Of a stretch of DNA of 64,000 nt, positions 48,838-59,787 are shown in pieces. Both the position numbers and the translations under genes were made by a program. Positions within the stretch are counted from its first letter, which is position 1. Each line of letters begins with the position of its first letter. Under the pieces are notes generated by a model. The model was not told the DNA's origin. It worked only from the letters and a program-made list of their open reading frames with translations, and did no database searches. This DNA comes from Clostridia bacterium (GTDB taxonomy: Bacteria > Bacillota > Clostridia > RUG12999), in NCBI GenBank assembly GCA_045633565.1, contig JAZQYO010000013.1, positions 1,087 through 65,086 on the forward strand, in the 5' to 3' direction.

Positions 48838-50163
48838 ATGAAGCCTATAGTTGCGATTGTGGGCAGGCCAAATGTTGGAAAATCTGCCCTGTTTAACAGA
48901 CTTGTCGGCAAAAAAATATCTATTGTTGAGGATACACCGGGTGTTACCCGTGACCGTATTTATTCAGATGCGGAATGGCGGGGAAGGCAGTTTCTGATGA
49001 TAGATACCGGTGGTATTGAACCTACCGAGGACGACGAGCTTTTAGTTAATATGCGCCGTCAGGCGCAGGCGGCAATTGAAATTGCACACGTTACGATTTT
49101 TGTTGTGGATTTGAAAACGGGTGTTACAGCGGCAGATGCAGAAATTGCGTCTATGCTGCAAAAGGCAAAAAAACCTGTAATACTTGCCGTAAACAAAACA
49201 GATAAAGTGGGCGAGCTGCCACCTGACTTTTATGAATTTTACAATTTAGGACTTGGCGACCCGGTTGCGGTGTCTGCTTTGCAGAGCCTCGGACTTGGTG
49301 ATTTGCTTGATGAAGCGTATAAATATTTTCCACCTGAAGATGAGGACGATACAGATGACGATGTTATCCGTGTCGCAGTAATCGGCAGACCCAATGCAGG
49401 AAAATCCTCTCTTATCAACAGGGTTGTGGGAGAAGAACGTGTCATTGTCAGCAACATACCGGGAACAACAAGGGATGCGGTTGACACCTATGTTGAAAAG
49501 GACGGGCAGAAATATCTGTTTATTGATACTGCGGGAATCCGTAGAAAAAGCAAAGTTGACGAGAAAATTGAAAAATTCAGTGTTCTGCGTGCCTTTGCAG
49601 CGGTTGACAGAGCGGACGTCTGCCTGATAGTTATAGACGGCAATGAAGGAATTGCCGAGCAGGATGCAAAAATTGCAGGATATGCCCATGAGGAAGGAAA
49701 AGCGAGTATTGTTCTTGTAAATAAATGGGACCTTGTTACAAAGGAAACAGGCACAATGAATGAGTATAAAAAACGTGTTCAGGAACAGCTTTCCTTTATG
49801 ACCTATGCGCCTATAGAGTTTATTTCGGCGAAAACAGGGTCAAGGGTGGATAAAATATATCCAGTAATAAATAAAGTGGCAAAAATGCATGCTACCAGAA
49901 TTAAAACAGGTGCACTGAATGATATCATAAACGAGGCTACGCTCAAGGTTCAGCCACCGTCGGACAAGGGTAAAAGGCTTAAAATTTACTATGGTACTCA
50001 GCCGTCGGCAAAGCCGCCAACCTTTGTTATATTTGTTAACAACAAGGATTTGGCACATTTCTCATATATCAGATATCTTGAAAACCAGATAAGGGACGCC
50101 TTCGGACTTGAGGGGACTCCCGTGAGATTTATTATAAGAGAACGTGGAGAGAAAAATAATTAA
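48838..50163 (+). CDS. der: Ribosome biogenesis GTPase Der
   Basis: Two G domains (GRPNVGKS, GRPNAGKS), DTGG/DTAG, NKxD, KH-like C-terminus. Confidence 0.97.
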   Translation: MKPIVAIVGRPNVGKSALFNRLVGKKISIVEDTPGVTRDRIYSDAEWRGRQFLMIDTGGIEPTEDDELLVNMRRQAQAAIEIAHVTIFVVDLKTGVTAADAEIASMLQKAKKPVILAVNKTDKVGELPPDFYEFYNLGLGDPVAVSALQSLGLGDLLDEAYKYFPPEDEDDTDDDVIRVAVIGRPNAGKSSLINRVVGEERVIVSNIPGTTRDAVDTYVEKDGQKYLFIDTAGIRRKSKVDEKIEKFSVLRAFAAVDRADVCLIVIDGNEGIAEQDAKIAGYAHEEGKASIVLVNKWDLVTKETGTMNEYKKRVQEQLSFMTYAPIEFISAKTGSRVDKIYPVINKVAKMHATRIKTGALNDIINEATLKVQPPSDKGKRLKIYYGTQPSAKPPTFVIFVNNKDLAHFSYIRYLENQIRDAFGLEGTPVRFIIRERGEKNN

Positions 50164-50175
50164 TCGGAGGTTTTT

Positions 50176-50808
50176 ATGAACGTAATAATAATTATTTTGA
50201 GTGCAGTTATTTGTTATCTTTTTGGCAGCATCAGTTCCTCAATTATTGTGGGAAGATGTCTGGGTCTTAAGGATATAAGAAAACATGGCAGCGGAAACGC
50301 AGGCATGACCAATGCACTTCGTGTGCTTGGGAAAAAAGCGGCGGTTTTTACGCTTTTGGGTGACGTTTTAAAAACAGTTATTGCGGTGCTTATTGCAAAG
50401 TTTCTGGCAAAGTATATTGCCGGTGACTATTTTGCTCAGCTTTCTGTGTATATATCCTGCTTCTGCATTGCACTTGGTCATAATTACCCTGTATTTTTTA
50501 AATTTAGGGGCGGTAAAGGTGTTTTAACATCCGGCGTTATTATTATAATGATGAGCCCGGTTATAGGTACGGCTACAGTTCTTTGCTGTCTGTTTGTTAT
50601 GGTGGTTACAAGATATGTTTCACTCGGTTCAATGACAGGCGGCGTTGTATATCCTTTATGGATAATTCTTTATTATACAACCGACATAACAAAAATTGTA
50701 TTTTCAGTTGTTCTGGGTGCAATGCTGATAATCAAACATTCATCAAATATAAAAAGGCTTTTAAGCGGAACTGAAAACAAGCTTGGAGCCAAAAAGGAAC
50801 AGAAGTAA
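50176..50808 (+). CDS. plsY: Glycerol-3-phosphate acyltransferase PlsY
   Basis: YL.GS, DIR.HGSGN.G.TN, GH..P.F..F.GGKGV, H..NI.RL..G.E. Confidence 0.95.
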   Translation: MNVIIIILSAVICYLFGSISSSIIVGRCLGLKDIRKHGSGNAGMTNALRVLGKKAAVFTLLGDVLKTVIAVLIAKFLAKYIAGDYFAQLSVYISCFCIALGHNYPVFFKFRGGKGVLTSGVIIIMMSPVIGTATVLCCLFVMVVTRYVSLGSMTGGVVYPLWIILYYTTDITKIVFSVVLGAMLIIKHSSNIKRLLSGTENKLGAKKEQK

Positions 50809-50809
50809 A

Positions 50810-52357
50810 ATGACAAAAAAAGAAAACAGCGGCGGAACGGTAGGCTTCATATTTGTTGCCATTGTTCTGTCCAAACTGCTTGGACTTTTAAGGGGCAGTG
50901 CCGTTGCGCTTTTCTATGGGACAGACTATGTTGCGAGTGCCTATTCAATGGCGTCGCAGATACCTGTTAACTTTTTTGATATGATACTGGGTTCTGCGGT
51001 TTCCTCCGCATTTATTCCGGTGTATAACAAGTTTTATGAAACAGACGGCAGAAAACGTGCGGACGGTTTTGCGTCAAGGTTTATCAACCTTATAACAGTC
51101 GTTACGGTTTTACTTTCGGTAATGGGTGTGGCATTCTCCCCACAGATTATAAAAGTAATGGGCAGCGGAATGGCGCCCCAGACGGCAAACCTTGCATCCC
51201 AGCTTCTTAAGATAATGTTCCCGCTTGTTATTTTTACCGGTCTTGCCTTTTCGCTTGTGGGAATACTACAGTCGTTGGGTGAATTTAAAATACCGGCAAT
51301 AATGAGCCTTATTTCCAATCTGGTGTGCATAGTATATCTTTTTACCATGAACGACAGGTTTGGAATATATGGTCTTTCTGCGGCGCTTTTAATTGGTTGG
51401 GCAATGCAGTTTGTTATTCTGATTTATCCTGCAAAAAGGCGTGGATTTTCCTATAGCCTGAAATCAGGATTTTTAGACAGCGGTTTTAAAGATGTTGCAA
51501 AGCTTGCGCTTCCGGTACTTCTTGCGTCGTGGGTTCAGCCTATAAATACCATGGTAAACATAGGTATTGCATCGGGGCTTGCAGATGGCAGCGGAATTGC
51601 CGTTTTAGACTATGCAAACAAGCTTTATATTATAGCGGCATCGGCCTTTTCAATGGCGGTAACCAATTATATTTTCCCCAGGCTTTCAAAACTTTCTGCA
51701 ACGGGAAGTAAAAGAGAGTGGTCGGATACGCTTAAGAGCAGTATAAGAACAGTTGTGTTTGTTGTGCTGCCTATAATGATAGTATTCCTATGCGGCAGTG
51801 AGGAAATAATAAGAATTATCTATGGCAGAGGGCAGTTTGGTGAAGAGTCGGTACAGATGACTTCTGCAGTATTACAGTTTTATTCGCTTGGAATGATATG
51901 GTTTGCTCTGCAGGAGATTTTCAACAAAGCGTTTTACTCGGTTATGGATTCAAAAACGCCGGTAATCTCTGCAGTAGGCGGAATTGTTATAAATGTAATT
52001 CTCAGCTATATTTTGTCGGGCAGCATGGGCGTGTGTGGACTTGCACTTGCGGCATCTGTTTCGGCACTTGTATGCTGTATATTCAGCTTTATAATGCTGA
52101 AAAGAAAAACTGACGGAATGAAAAACCTCAGCATATTAAAGCTGGTTATATCAGGCCTTTTAGGACTGACAGTATGTATAATTGCAAGGCAGTTTGCGCT
52201 TGGAATAATAGTGGGTGAAGGATTTATATCATCCCTTCTCGTGCTTTTAATTTCCGCAGCAGCCTGTGGACTGGTTTACATTGCATCTGCTTTTTTACTG
52301 AAGGTAAAAGAAACAGAGATAATAGGAAAATTAATTAAAGGTTTAATCAAAAGATAG
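50810..52357 (+). CDS. murJ: MurJ/MviN-family flippase
   Basis: SK.LG.LR, AY..A..IP, AFIP, YA.KL, R..Y.RG.F; ~14 TMs. Confidence 0.85.
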   Translation: MTKKENSGGTVGFIFVAIVLSKLLGLLRGSAVALFYGTDYVASAYSMASQIPVNFFDMILGSAVSSAFIPVYNKFYETDGRKRADGFASRFINLITVVTVLLSVMGVAFSPQIIKVMGSGMAPQTANLASQLLKIMFPLVIFTGLAFSLVGILQSLGEFKIPAIMSLISNLVCIVYLFTMNDRFGIYGLSAALLIGWAMQFVILIYPAKRRGFSYSLKSGFLDSGFKDVAKLALPVLLASWVQPINTMVNIGIASGLADGSGIAVLDYANKLYIIAASAFSMAVTNYIFPRLSKLSATGSKREWSDTLKSSIRTVVFVVLPIMIVFLCGSEEIIRIIYGRGQFGEESVQMTSAVLQFYSLGMIWFALQEIFNKAFYSVMDSKTPVISAVGGIVINVILSYILSGSMGVCGLALAASVSALVCCIFSFIMLKRKTDGMKNLSILKLVISGLLGLTVCIIARQFALGIIVGEGFISSLLVLLISAAACGLVYIASAFLLKVKETEIIGKLIKGLIKR

Positions 52358-52380
52358 TTGCTTCCGAAAGGAGTGATTTT

Positions 52381-54237
52381 ATGGATAACGGAATAATTTT
52401 ATCCGCACTTTTAAGATTTTGGAATTTTCTCAAAAATGCGTATGAAAACAGTGGGTATTACAAGATTTTTAATAAGATTGCCGATTTTATAGGCAGACTT
52501 TACAGACGCAGTCTGCTTTTTGGTTTTTTCAAAAAAGTAAAAACCGACGCAACAGAAAGTGGAGTTTCAAAACTGATAAATTCATTTTTTGGATTTTTCC
52601 ATAAACTTTTTCATGAGAAGGTTGTTGCGATAGGGAAAGAGTCAGGGAAAAGTGTGGTTGTGAAAAACATAGCTTCTTTTCTTGGTAGCTGGTATGCAAT
52701 AAGTGTGAGATACTATGCACTGACACTTACGGCGTTTGTATGCTTCAGACTTGTTCTTAAAAGGGTGCTGTCCCAGATGATAGGACCTTATACGCTTATT
52801 CTCGCTTTGATTGCAGCTTTGGGGATATTCATTGACGTATCTCCGGCAGCGCTTTACGAGGGAAGTAAAATAAGAAAACTTGCAGGGTTTGGGGACTTAC
52901 CTGAACATATCAGACTTAAAAAACGTGTGAAACCTCACAAAGCTGTGACAATTGCACTTTGCTGCGGAAGCATCAGCGGACTTTTAACACTTGTGCCGGT
53001 GGGCTGGCTTGCCATTGGGGCGGTCTGTGGAGTTATTCTTCTGATTGCAAAACCTTTTATCGGTGTTATGTTTGTTGTGGCATGTTTTCCCATCCTGCCC
53101 ACCATGGGGGTTGTGGCATTGGGCGTTTATCTTCTTGCGACGCTGTTTATAAAATATCTTTATGGTGAAAATAAGGGTATAAAAGTAGATACCTTTGATA
53201 TAGCCATCCTTGCAATGTGTGCTTTGATTGTGTACGGAGTTTTAAATTCCTTTGCACTTTCAGACAGCGTGCTTCCGGCAGCTGTATATATGCTATTTGT
53301 TTCAAGCTTTTATGCAATTCGCCGTGCAGCAAGGGAAAAGGGATTTTTAAATACTCTTTTAAATTTAATTGTACTTGTTTCGGTGGCTGTTTCACTTTAC
53401 GGCATTTATCAGAAGCTGACCGGTCAGGCAGCAAATACCTGGACAGATACAGAGATGTTTGAGGATATGGGCGGCAGGATTTATTCAACCTTTGGAAATC
53501 CCAATGTATTTGGTGAATATCTGCTGATAGTGATACCAATTACCTTTGGTTTAATGCTTAAAGCGGAGGCGACAAACCGAAAAAACCTATATCTGGCAGC
53601 ATTTTCGCTGCAGATGGTGTGTATGATTCTGACATATTCACGCGGTTGCTGGATAGGAATAATGTTGGCGATGGGATTAATGCTGATTTTTACAAGAAGA
53701 AAAATATCGTCACTGTTTATATTTGCCGTTTTCCTGCTACCCTTTGTTATGCCGGAAACTATTGTTCAGAGAATTATGAGTATCGGCGATGTGTCAGACT
53801 CCTCAACTTCCTACAGAGTATACATCTGGCAGGGAACACTGCGTATGCTGAAGGATTTCTGGTACAGTGGTGTTGGTATAGGAGAAGGAGCATTTGGAAG
53901 TGTGTACCCGCATTATGCTCTTAACGGAATTATTGCACCGCACTCGCACAACCTTTACCTGCATATACTGTCTGAGACGGGCATCTGCGGTCTGGCTACG
54001 GTTATAACACTCGTTGTACTGTTTTATAAATACATTTCCTCAACAGCTTTAAAAAACCCGGAAAGTAAAATTATTGCTGTTGCGCTGGGTTGCTCAATGA
54101 TAGGCTATCTTGCTCAGGGAATGTTTGACAATGTTTGGTATAATTACAGAATTTACTTTTTCTTTTTTGTTGTGTTAGCTCTTGGAGCATCACTGGCCGA
54201 CCTATCGTCGGGGGAGGGGAAAAATGTCAAAGATTAA
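52381..54237 (+). CDS. O-antigen ligase/polymerase (Wzy_C) family protein
   Basis: R.YSTFGNPN..G.YL, TYSRG.W, S.SYR..IW, G.G.G, HSHNLYL....E.G. Confidence 0.85.
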   Translation: MDNGIILSALLRFWNFLKNAYENSGYYKIFNKIADFIGRLYRRSLLFGFFKKVKTDATESGVSKLINSFFGFFHKLFHEKVVAIGKESGKSVVVKNIASFLGSWYAISVRYYALTLTAFVCFRLVLKRVLSQMIGPYTLILALIAALGIFIDVSPAALYEGSKIRKLAGFGDLPEHIRLKKRVKPHKAVTIALCCGSISGLLTLVPVGWLAIGAVCGVILLIAKPFIGVMFVVACFPILPTMGVVALGVYLLATLFIKYLYGENKGIKVDTFDIAILAMCALIVYGVLNSFALSDSVLPAAVYMLFVSSFYAIRRAAREKGFLNTLLNLIVLVSVAVSLYGIYQKLTGQAANTWTDTEMFEDMGGRIYSTFGNPNVFGEYLLIVIPITFGLMLKAEATNRKNLYLAAFSLQMVCMILTYSRGCWIGIMLAMGLMLIFTRRKISSLFIFAVFLLPFVMPETIVQRIMSIGDVSDSSTSYRVYIWQGTLRMLKDFWYSGVGIGEGAFGSVYPHYALNGIIAPHSHNLYLHILSETGICGLATVITLVVLFYKYISSTALKNPESKIIAVALGCSMIGYLAQGMFDNVWYNYRIYFFFFVVLALGASLADLSSGEGKNVKD

Positions 54238-55327
54238 AGTAGTTAACATAATTTCTGACACCAATATAGGCGGGGCGGGAAAATGCGTGCTGACACATGC
54301 AAGATTCCATGACCGTGAAAAATTCGATTTAACAGTTGTTGTGCCAAAAGGCAGCAAACTCAAACCCGAAATAGAGGCGCTCCAGGTAAAGTGCGTTGAA
54401 GCAGACGGCGTGGCAGATAAATCTCTCAGCATCAAAGGAATTATGGCACAGAGAAAACTATTTAAAGAGCTTGGATGCGATGTTGTTCACGCACATGCAA
54501 CCTTATCGGCAAGAATCGCGGCAAGGCTTGCGCGGGTAAAGGGGATTGTCTATACCCGTCACAGCGTGTTTGAACCAAGCGCTTTCATGAAAAGTCCGAT
54601 AGGAAAACTGATTAATAAAATTATTGCGGCACTTTTTTCGGACAGGATTATTGCTGTTGCTGAGGCAGCAGCAAAAAATGTTACCGATATGGGCGTAAGC
54701 CGGAAAAAAATATCGGTTGTCCTTAACGGAATTTCGCCACTATCACCGCTTACGGATGAGCAAAAGGCGGAGCAGAGAAAACGTTTCGGCGTAGCTGACG
54801 GAGAAAAGGTTGTGTCGCTTGTGGCAAGACTTGAAACCGTTAAAGGTCATGACGACTTTATTAAAGCCGCACAGATTTTAAAAGAACAGGGCGTAAAAGT
54901 AAAGCTTATTGCTGCCGGAAACGGAAGCAGGGAAGCGGAACTTAAAAATAACAAAGATGTACTGTTCACAGGTTTTATAAGTGATGCTTATAATCTGATA
55001 GGAATTACCGATATAAGTGCAAATGCTTCTTTCGGTACAGAGGCAACAAGTATATCTCTGCTTGAAGGTATGAGTCTGGGAATTCCTGCTGTTGTGACCG
55101 ATTATGGTGGAAATCCGGGGGTTATTTCTGATGGTGAAAACGGATTTTTAGTGCCCACTCACAGTGGCGAAAAGCTTGCTGAGAAGATAAAGCTGTTGGT
55201 AGAAGATGAGCAGCTTTACGAAAAAATGAGCAAACGGGCAACAGAAATTTTCTATGAAAAGTTTACTGCCGATAATGTAACGAGGCAGATAGAAGAAATT
55301 TATCTTTCTGTAGGAGGTGCAAGGTAA
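54224..55327 (+). CDS. GT4 glycosyltransferase
   Basis: GGAG, D.VHAH, ARLE..KG, E...S.LE.M..G.P.V.T..GG. Confidence 0.88.
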   Translation: MSKIKVVNIISDTNIGGAGKCVLTHARFHDREKFDLTVVVPKGSKLKPEIEALQVKCVEADGVADKSLSIKGIMAQRKLFKELGCDVVHAHATLSARIAARLARVKGIVYTRHSVFEPSAFMKSPIGKLINKIIAALFSDRIIAVAEAAAKNVTDMGVSRKKISVVLNGISPLSPLTDEQKAEQRKRFGVADGEKVVSLVARLETVKGHDDFIKAAQILKEQGVKVKLIAAGNGSREAELKNNKDVLFTGFISDAYNLIGITDISANASFGTEATSISLLEGMSLGIPAVVTDYGGNPGVISDGENGFLVPTHSGEKLAEKIKLLVEDEQLYEKMSKRATEIFYEKFTADNVTRQIEEIYLSVGGAR

Positions 55328-55821
55328 TGGAAAAGAGAAAAAACAGATTTAATGTTGTGGATGTTTTTGTGATTATTGTGGCAATTTTACTGATTGCGGC
55401 ATTTGCGTATTATGCAGTAGGTGACAGTAATGGATTTAAAACGGATACATTCAGGGAATCGGTAATAAGATACACCGTAAGCATAGAAGGGTTCGGCGAA
55501 GAATACAAAGACCTTATAAAAGTAGGAGATCCTGTAAAAAATATTGATTTGGACTGTGAAATGGGCAAGGTTGTAGCGGTTACACCTGCAGAACATACCG
55601 TGATTTACAACTACAATAAGACAGAAGGTAAGTTAGTTGCAGCTCAGGTGCCGGACAGTTATAAATGCACAATAACTGTGGAAACAGAATGTGAAGAAGA
55701 CGAATTGGCATATTACGTTGGCGAATTGCAGATAAAAACCGGTAAAAGGATAAATTTCAAAACTCCGGAATATGCATTTCCGGGCACAGTAATGGGTATT
55801 GAAAGGAGTGACGCACAGTGA
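55327..55821 (+). CDS. DUF4330-like membrane-anchored protein
   Basis: N.VD..TM N-terminus, beta-rich domain ending G..I.F.T..Y.F.G.V. Confidence 0.65.
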   Translation: MEKRKNRFNVVDVFVIIVAILLIAAFAYYAVGDSNGFKTDTFRESVIRYTVSIEGFGEEYKDLIKVGDPVKNIDLDCEMGKVVAVTPAEHTVIYNYNKTEGKLVAAQVPDSYKCTITVETECEEDELAYYVGELQIKTGKRINFKTPEYAFPGTVMGIERSDAQ

Positions 55822-56321
55822 TTATAGATGAGAAAGGCAGACTTTTTTCAAAAATAAGCATAATTGACCTGGCAATAGTACTCCTTTTGGTTGTTGCAAT
55901 TGCTTTTGTGGGGTTTAAAGTGGTAGGCTTTGGAAAAACAAGTGAAATTACCGAGAAAAAGATGCAGGCTCATGAAATCACTTTCAGGATAAATGGCGTA
56001 AGACAAGCTACCATTGATGCGCTTGAAAAGAGCGTCGGAGGTGTGGTTTGTGATGCAAGGTCCAAAGAAATCGGGACACTTTTAAGAATTGAAAGCGTTG
56101 AACCTCTCATAAATAATATGTTAAACGATGACGGAAGTCTTACTCCGGTGGAAGTTCCGGAAAAATATGTGGTGAAGGTTGTTGTGGATGCGGATATAAT
56201 AAGAACCGGAGACAGTATTATATTGCCTAACAAGATGAAGCTTTTGATAGGCTCAAACATGACAATCAGCACAAAGGAAATTGCTGTGGAAACAGCAGTA
56301 ACGAAAATTAAGAAAAAATAA
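55818..56321 (+). CDS. DUF4330-like membrane-anchored protein
   Basis: IIDEKGRLF.KISIID N-terminus followed by a TM. Confidence 0.72.
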   Translation: MIIDEKGRLFSKISIIDLAIVLLLVVAIAFVGFKVVGFGKTSEITEKKMQAHEITFRINGVRQATIDALEKSVGGVVCDARSKEIGTLLRIESVEPLINNMLNDDGSLTPVEVPEKYVVKVVVDADIIRTGDSIILPNKMKLLIGSNMTISTKEIAVETAVTKIKKK

Positions 56322-56509
56322 GGCTGATTTTAACGGATAACCTCGTCTTTTCTTGTGCGAAAAGGGGATTAGCACATAATATTTGTGGATATAATTTATA
56401 TATAATGCACCAACATACGTCAATTATTTGGTGAAAAGATATATTGAAAATCAGCAAGATGTTACGATATAATAAAATATTATAGTATAAGTCTGAAAGG
56501 ATGAAAGAA

Positions 56510-57793
56510 ATGAAAATTACAAAAGAACAGGTTGAAACCAATAAGGTTAAACTTGAAATCACAGTTCCTGCTGAGGATTTTGCAGCAGCAATGCAGAAAT
56601 CATACCAGAAAAACGTAAAGCATATAAATATACAGGGTTTCAGAAAGGGTAAAGCACCCAGAGGCCTTATCGAAAAAGTTTACGGCGAAGCTGTTTTCTA
56701 TGATGATGCTGCAGATTTTATCATGCAGGATACATATCCGGCAGCACTTGATCAGGAAAATGTTGAACCTGTTGACCGTCCGGAAGTTGAAATAAAGGAA
56801 ATCGGCAGCGGCAAAGATTTTGTTTATACAGCAACTGTTACAACAAAACCCGTTCCTGAGCTTGGTAAATACAAAGGCGTTAAAGTTAAAAAGGTAGAAT
56901 TTGCAGTAACAGACGAAGATGTTGATGCAGAAATTAATAATATGAAAGAAAGAGCAGCTCGCTTTGTTGATGTTACAGACGCTCCTGCTGCTGACGGCGA
57001 TGTAGCTGTTATTGACTTTGAGGGCTTTGTTGACGATGTTGCTTTTGAAGGTGGTAAAGGTGAAAACCACAACTTAACTCTTGGCAGCGGTCAGTTTATC
57101 CCCGGTTTTGAAGAGCAGATTGTTGGTAAAAATATTGGTGATGAATTTGACGTAAATGTTACATTCCCTGAAGAATACCATGCAAAAGACCTCGCTGGCA
57201 AACCGGCTGTGTTTAAAGTTAAACTTAACGGCTTAAAGAAAAAAGAATATCCCGAACTTGACGATGAGTTTGCTAAAGATGTAAGTGAATTTGATACATT
57301 TGAGCAGCTCAAGGAAGAAACAAAAAAACGCCTGCTTGAAACAGCTGAGCACCGCGCACAGCACGAGCAGGAAGACGCAGTACTCGAGGCAGCTCTTAAA
57401 ACAATGAAGGTTGAAATCCCTGAGGTTATGGTTGATAATCAGGTTGAACAGTATCTTGAAGATGCCAAATATAAGATTCAGGCTCAGATGCCCGGAATTA
57501 CCTTTGAACAGTATCTCCAGTTCACAGGTGGCAGCGTTGAAGATTTCAAAAAGGGCGTAAGAGACCAGGCTAAAAAAGACGTGGAAATCAATCTTCTTAT
57601 CGAAGCTATTGCTAAGGCAGAAGAAATCGCAGTAACTGACGAAGAAGCTGAAGAAGAAGTTAAAAAACTTGCTGATCAGTACAAAATGGAAATAGAAAAA
57701 ATTAAATCCATTTTAAGCATGGACCAGATTAAATCCAACCTCGTTCCCAGAAAGGTAATTGACTTACTTATAGCAGAAGCAAAAATTTCTTAA
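56510..57793 (+). CDS. tig: Trigger factor
   Basis: GFRKGKAP ribosome-binding loop, FKBP domain (IDFEG, FIPGFEE, FPEEY). Confidence 0.97.
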   Translation: MKITKEQVETNKVKLEITVPAEDFAAAMQKSYQKNVKHINIQGFRKGKAPRGLIEKVYGEAVFYDDAADFIMQDTYPAALDQENVEPVDRPEVEIKEIGSGKDFVYTATVTTKPVPELGKYKGVKVKKVEFAVTDEDVDAEINNMKERAARFVDVTDAPAADGDVAVIDFEGFVDDVAFEGGKGENHNLTLGSGQFIPGFEEQIVGKNIGDEFDVNVTFPEEYHAKDLAGKPAVFKVKLNGLKKKEYPELDDEFAKDVSEFDTFEQLKEETKKRLLETAEHRAQHEQEDAVLEAALKTMKVEIPEVMVDNQVEQYLEDAKYKIQAQMPGITFEQYLQFTGGSVEDFKKGVRDQAKKDVEINLLIEAIAKAEEIAVTDEEAEEEVKKLADQYKMEIEKIKSILSMDQIKSNLVPRKVIDLLIAEAKIS

Positions 57794-57881
57794 TAAACAT
57801 AAAAACAAGTGCGCGGTCTGAAATTTTAGTTAGAATTTGTCCGCGCCCGGTTTTTTTACCGGACAGAAAGGTATGATGAAA

Positions 57882-58478
57882 ATGTACGAAAAAAACTATG
57901 TTCCAATTCCTTATGTAGTTGAACAGACAAGCAGAGGAGAACGCTCCTACGATATTTATTCAAGACTGCTGGTTGACCGTATAGTTTTCCTTAACGGTCA
58001 GGTAACGGACGAATCTGCATCTGCAATAATTGCGCAGCTTTTATTCCTTGAAAGTGAAGCACCTGACAAAGATATTAACTTTTATATTAACAGCCCCGGT
58101 GGCTCTGTTACTGCAGGTCTTGCTATTTACGACACAATGAATTATATCAAATGTGATGTATCTACAATCTGTGTGGGCCTGGCTGCAAGCATGGGTGCAT
58201 TCCTTTTATCATCAGGAGCTAAAGGTAAGAGAATTTCTCTTCCCAACAGTGAAATCCTTATTCACCAGCCTCTCGGCGGTACACAGGGTCAGGCAACGGA
58301 TATAGAAATTTACACAAAAAATATCCTCAAAATGAAAGAAAAACTTAACAGCATCTTAGCTGAAAACACAGGCAAACCGCTTGAAACTCTCATGAAGGAT
58401 ACCGACAGAGACAACTATATGTCGGCTGAGGAAGCACTCGAGTACGGACTTATAGATAAAATTATTTCAAAAAGATAG
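57882..58478 (+). CDS. clpP: ATP-dependent Clp protease proteolytic subunit
   Basis: [30 protein letters not shown]. Confidence 0.97.
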   Translation: MYEKNYVPIPYVVEQTSRGERSYDIYSRLLVDRIVFLNGQVTDESASAIIAQLLFLESEAPDKDINFYINSPGGSVTAGLAIYDTMNYIKCDVSTICVGLAASMGAFLLSSGAKGKRISLPNSEILIHQPLGGTQGQATDIEIYTKNILKMKEKLNSILAENTGKPLETLMKDTDRDNYMSAEEALEYGLIDKIISKR

Positions 58479-58492
58479 AAAGAGAGAACCTT

Positions 58493-59755
58493 ATGGCTCG
58501 TGATATTAAAAATCAGCGATATTGCTCCTTTTGCGGCAAAACCGAAAGTCAGCTAACCTGTCCACTTATTCAGGGACCCGAATCCTACATTTGCGGTGAC
58601 TGTGTGGTTGAATGTCTGAACTCTTTGCAGGAAACTTCTGCGGAGGAAACGGCATATTCGGTTAAAAAAATGCCTAAACCCAAGGAAATCAAGGAAATTC
58701 TTGACCAATATGTCATAGGCCAGGATGAGGCGAAAAAGGTTTTAAGCGTTGCGGTTTACAACCACTACAAACGTCTTGGCAGTAAGGACTTTAACGCAGA
58801 TGGGGTAGAACTTCAGAAAACCAATATACTTCTCCTCGGGCCAACAGGTTCGGGAAAAACTCTTCTTGCACAGACACTTGCAAAAATTCTTGACGTTCCC
58901 TTTTCAATTGCCGACGCCACAACGCTGACCGAAGCAGGTTATGTGGGCGAGGATGTGGAAAATATCCTGCTCAGACTTATTCAGGCAGCGGATTATGACG
59001 TTGAGCTTGCCGAACGCGGAATTATTTATATTGACGAGATTGATAAAATTTCACGCCGAAATGAAAATCCGTCAATCACCCGTGATGTAAGCGGCGAGGG
59101 CGTTCAGCAGGCGCTGCTCAAAATCCTCGAGGGAACCGTAGCTTCAGTTCCGCCACAGGGGGGAAGAAAGCACCCTCATCAGGAATTTATACAGATAGAC
59201 ACTTCAAATATTCTGTTTATCTGCGGAGGTGCGTTTGACGGCCTGGAAAAAATAATTCAGAACCGTATCGGCAAAAAAACGCTTGGTTTTGAGTCGCACC
59301 TTATGATGAAAAACGACCTTGAAACGGGTAAAATTTTCGGGGAAGCAATTCCTCAGGACTTACTCAAATTTGGTCTTATCCCTGAGTTTATAGGCAGACT
59401 GCCGCTCATAGCATCGCTTGAGCTTTTAGATGAAGATGCACTCTTTACAATTTTAAAAGAGCCTAAAAATGCGCTTGTAAAGCAGTATGCAAAAATGTTC
59501 ACTTTTGATGGAGTGGAACTGGAGTTTGAGGATGGTGCACTTCGTGCAGTTGCAAAAGAGGCAATGGAAAAGCATACCGGCGCCCGTGGTCTTCGTGCCA
59601 TTTTAGAGGAAATTATGACCGATATTATGTACGAGGTTCCATCTGACGAAACCATTGAAAAATGTATTGTAACAGCCGAAACTGTGACAGAGAGAAAATC
59701 TCCGGTTGTTATAAGAAATGAGAAAAAACTCTTTGAAGAAAAAGATGTAGGATAA
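58493..59755 (+). CDS. clpX: Clp protease ATPase subunit ClpX
   Basis: CSFCGK zinc finger, [23 protein letters not shown] loop. Confidence 0.97.
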   Translation: MARDIKNQRYCSFCGKTESQLTCPLIQGPESYICGDCVVECLNSLQETSAEETAYSVKKMPKPKEIKEILDQYVIGQDEAKKVLSVAVYNHYKRLGSKDFNADGVELQKTNILLLGPTGSGKTLLAQTLAKILDVPFSIADATTLTEAGYVGEDVENILLRLIQAADYDVELAERGIIYIDEIDKISRRNENPSITRDVSGEGVQQALLKILEGTVASVPPQGGRKHPHQEFIQIDTSNILFICGGAFDGLEKIIQNRIGKKTLGFESHLMMKNDLETGKIFGEAIPQDLLKFGLIPEFIGRLPLIASLELLDEDALFTILKEPKNALVKQYAKMFTFDGVELEFEDGALRAVAKEAMEKHTGARGLRAILEEIMTDIMYEVPSDETIEKCIVTAETVTERKSPVVIRNEKKLFEEKDVG

Positions 59756-59757
59756 AT

Positions 59758-59787
59758 AAAAAGCAGGAAGTTTTCTTCCTGCTTTTT
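59758..59787. terminator. Bidirectional terminator
   Basis: AAAAGCAGGAAG-TTTT-CTTCCTGCTTTTT between clpX and the convergent ORF. Confidence 0.8.

Noticed and set aside
56322-56455. Possible multi-stem RNA upstream of tig
   Set aside because: Only short 5-9 bp complementarities in AT-rich sequence, consistent with chance.
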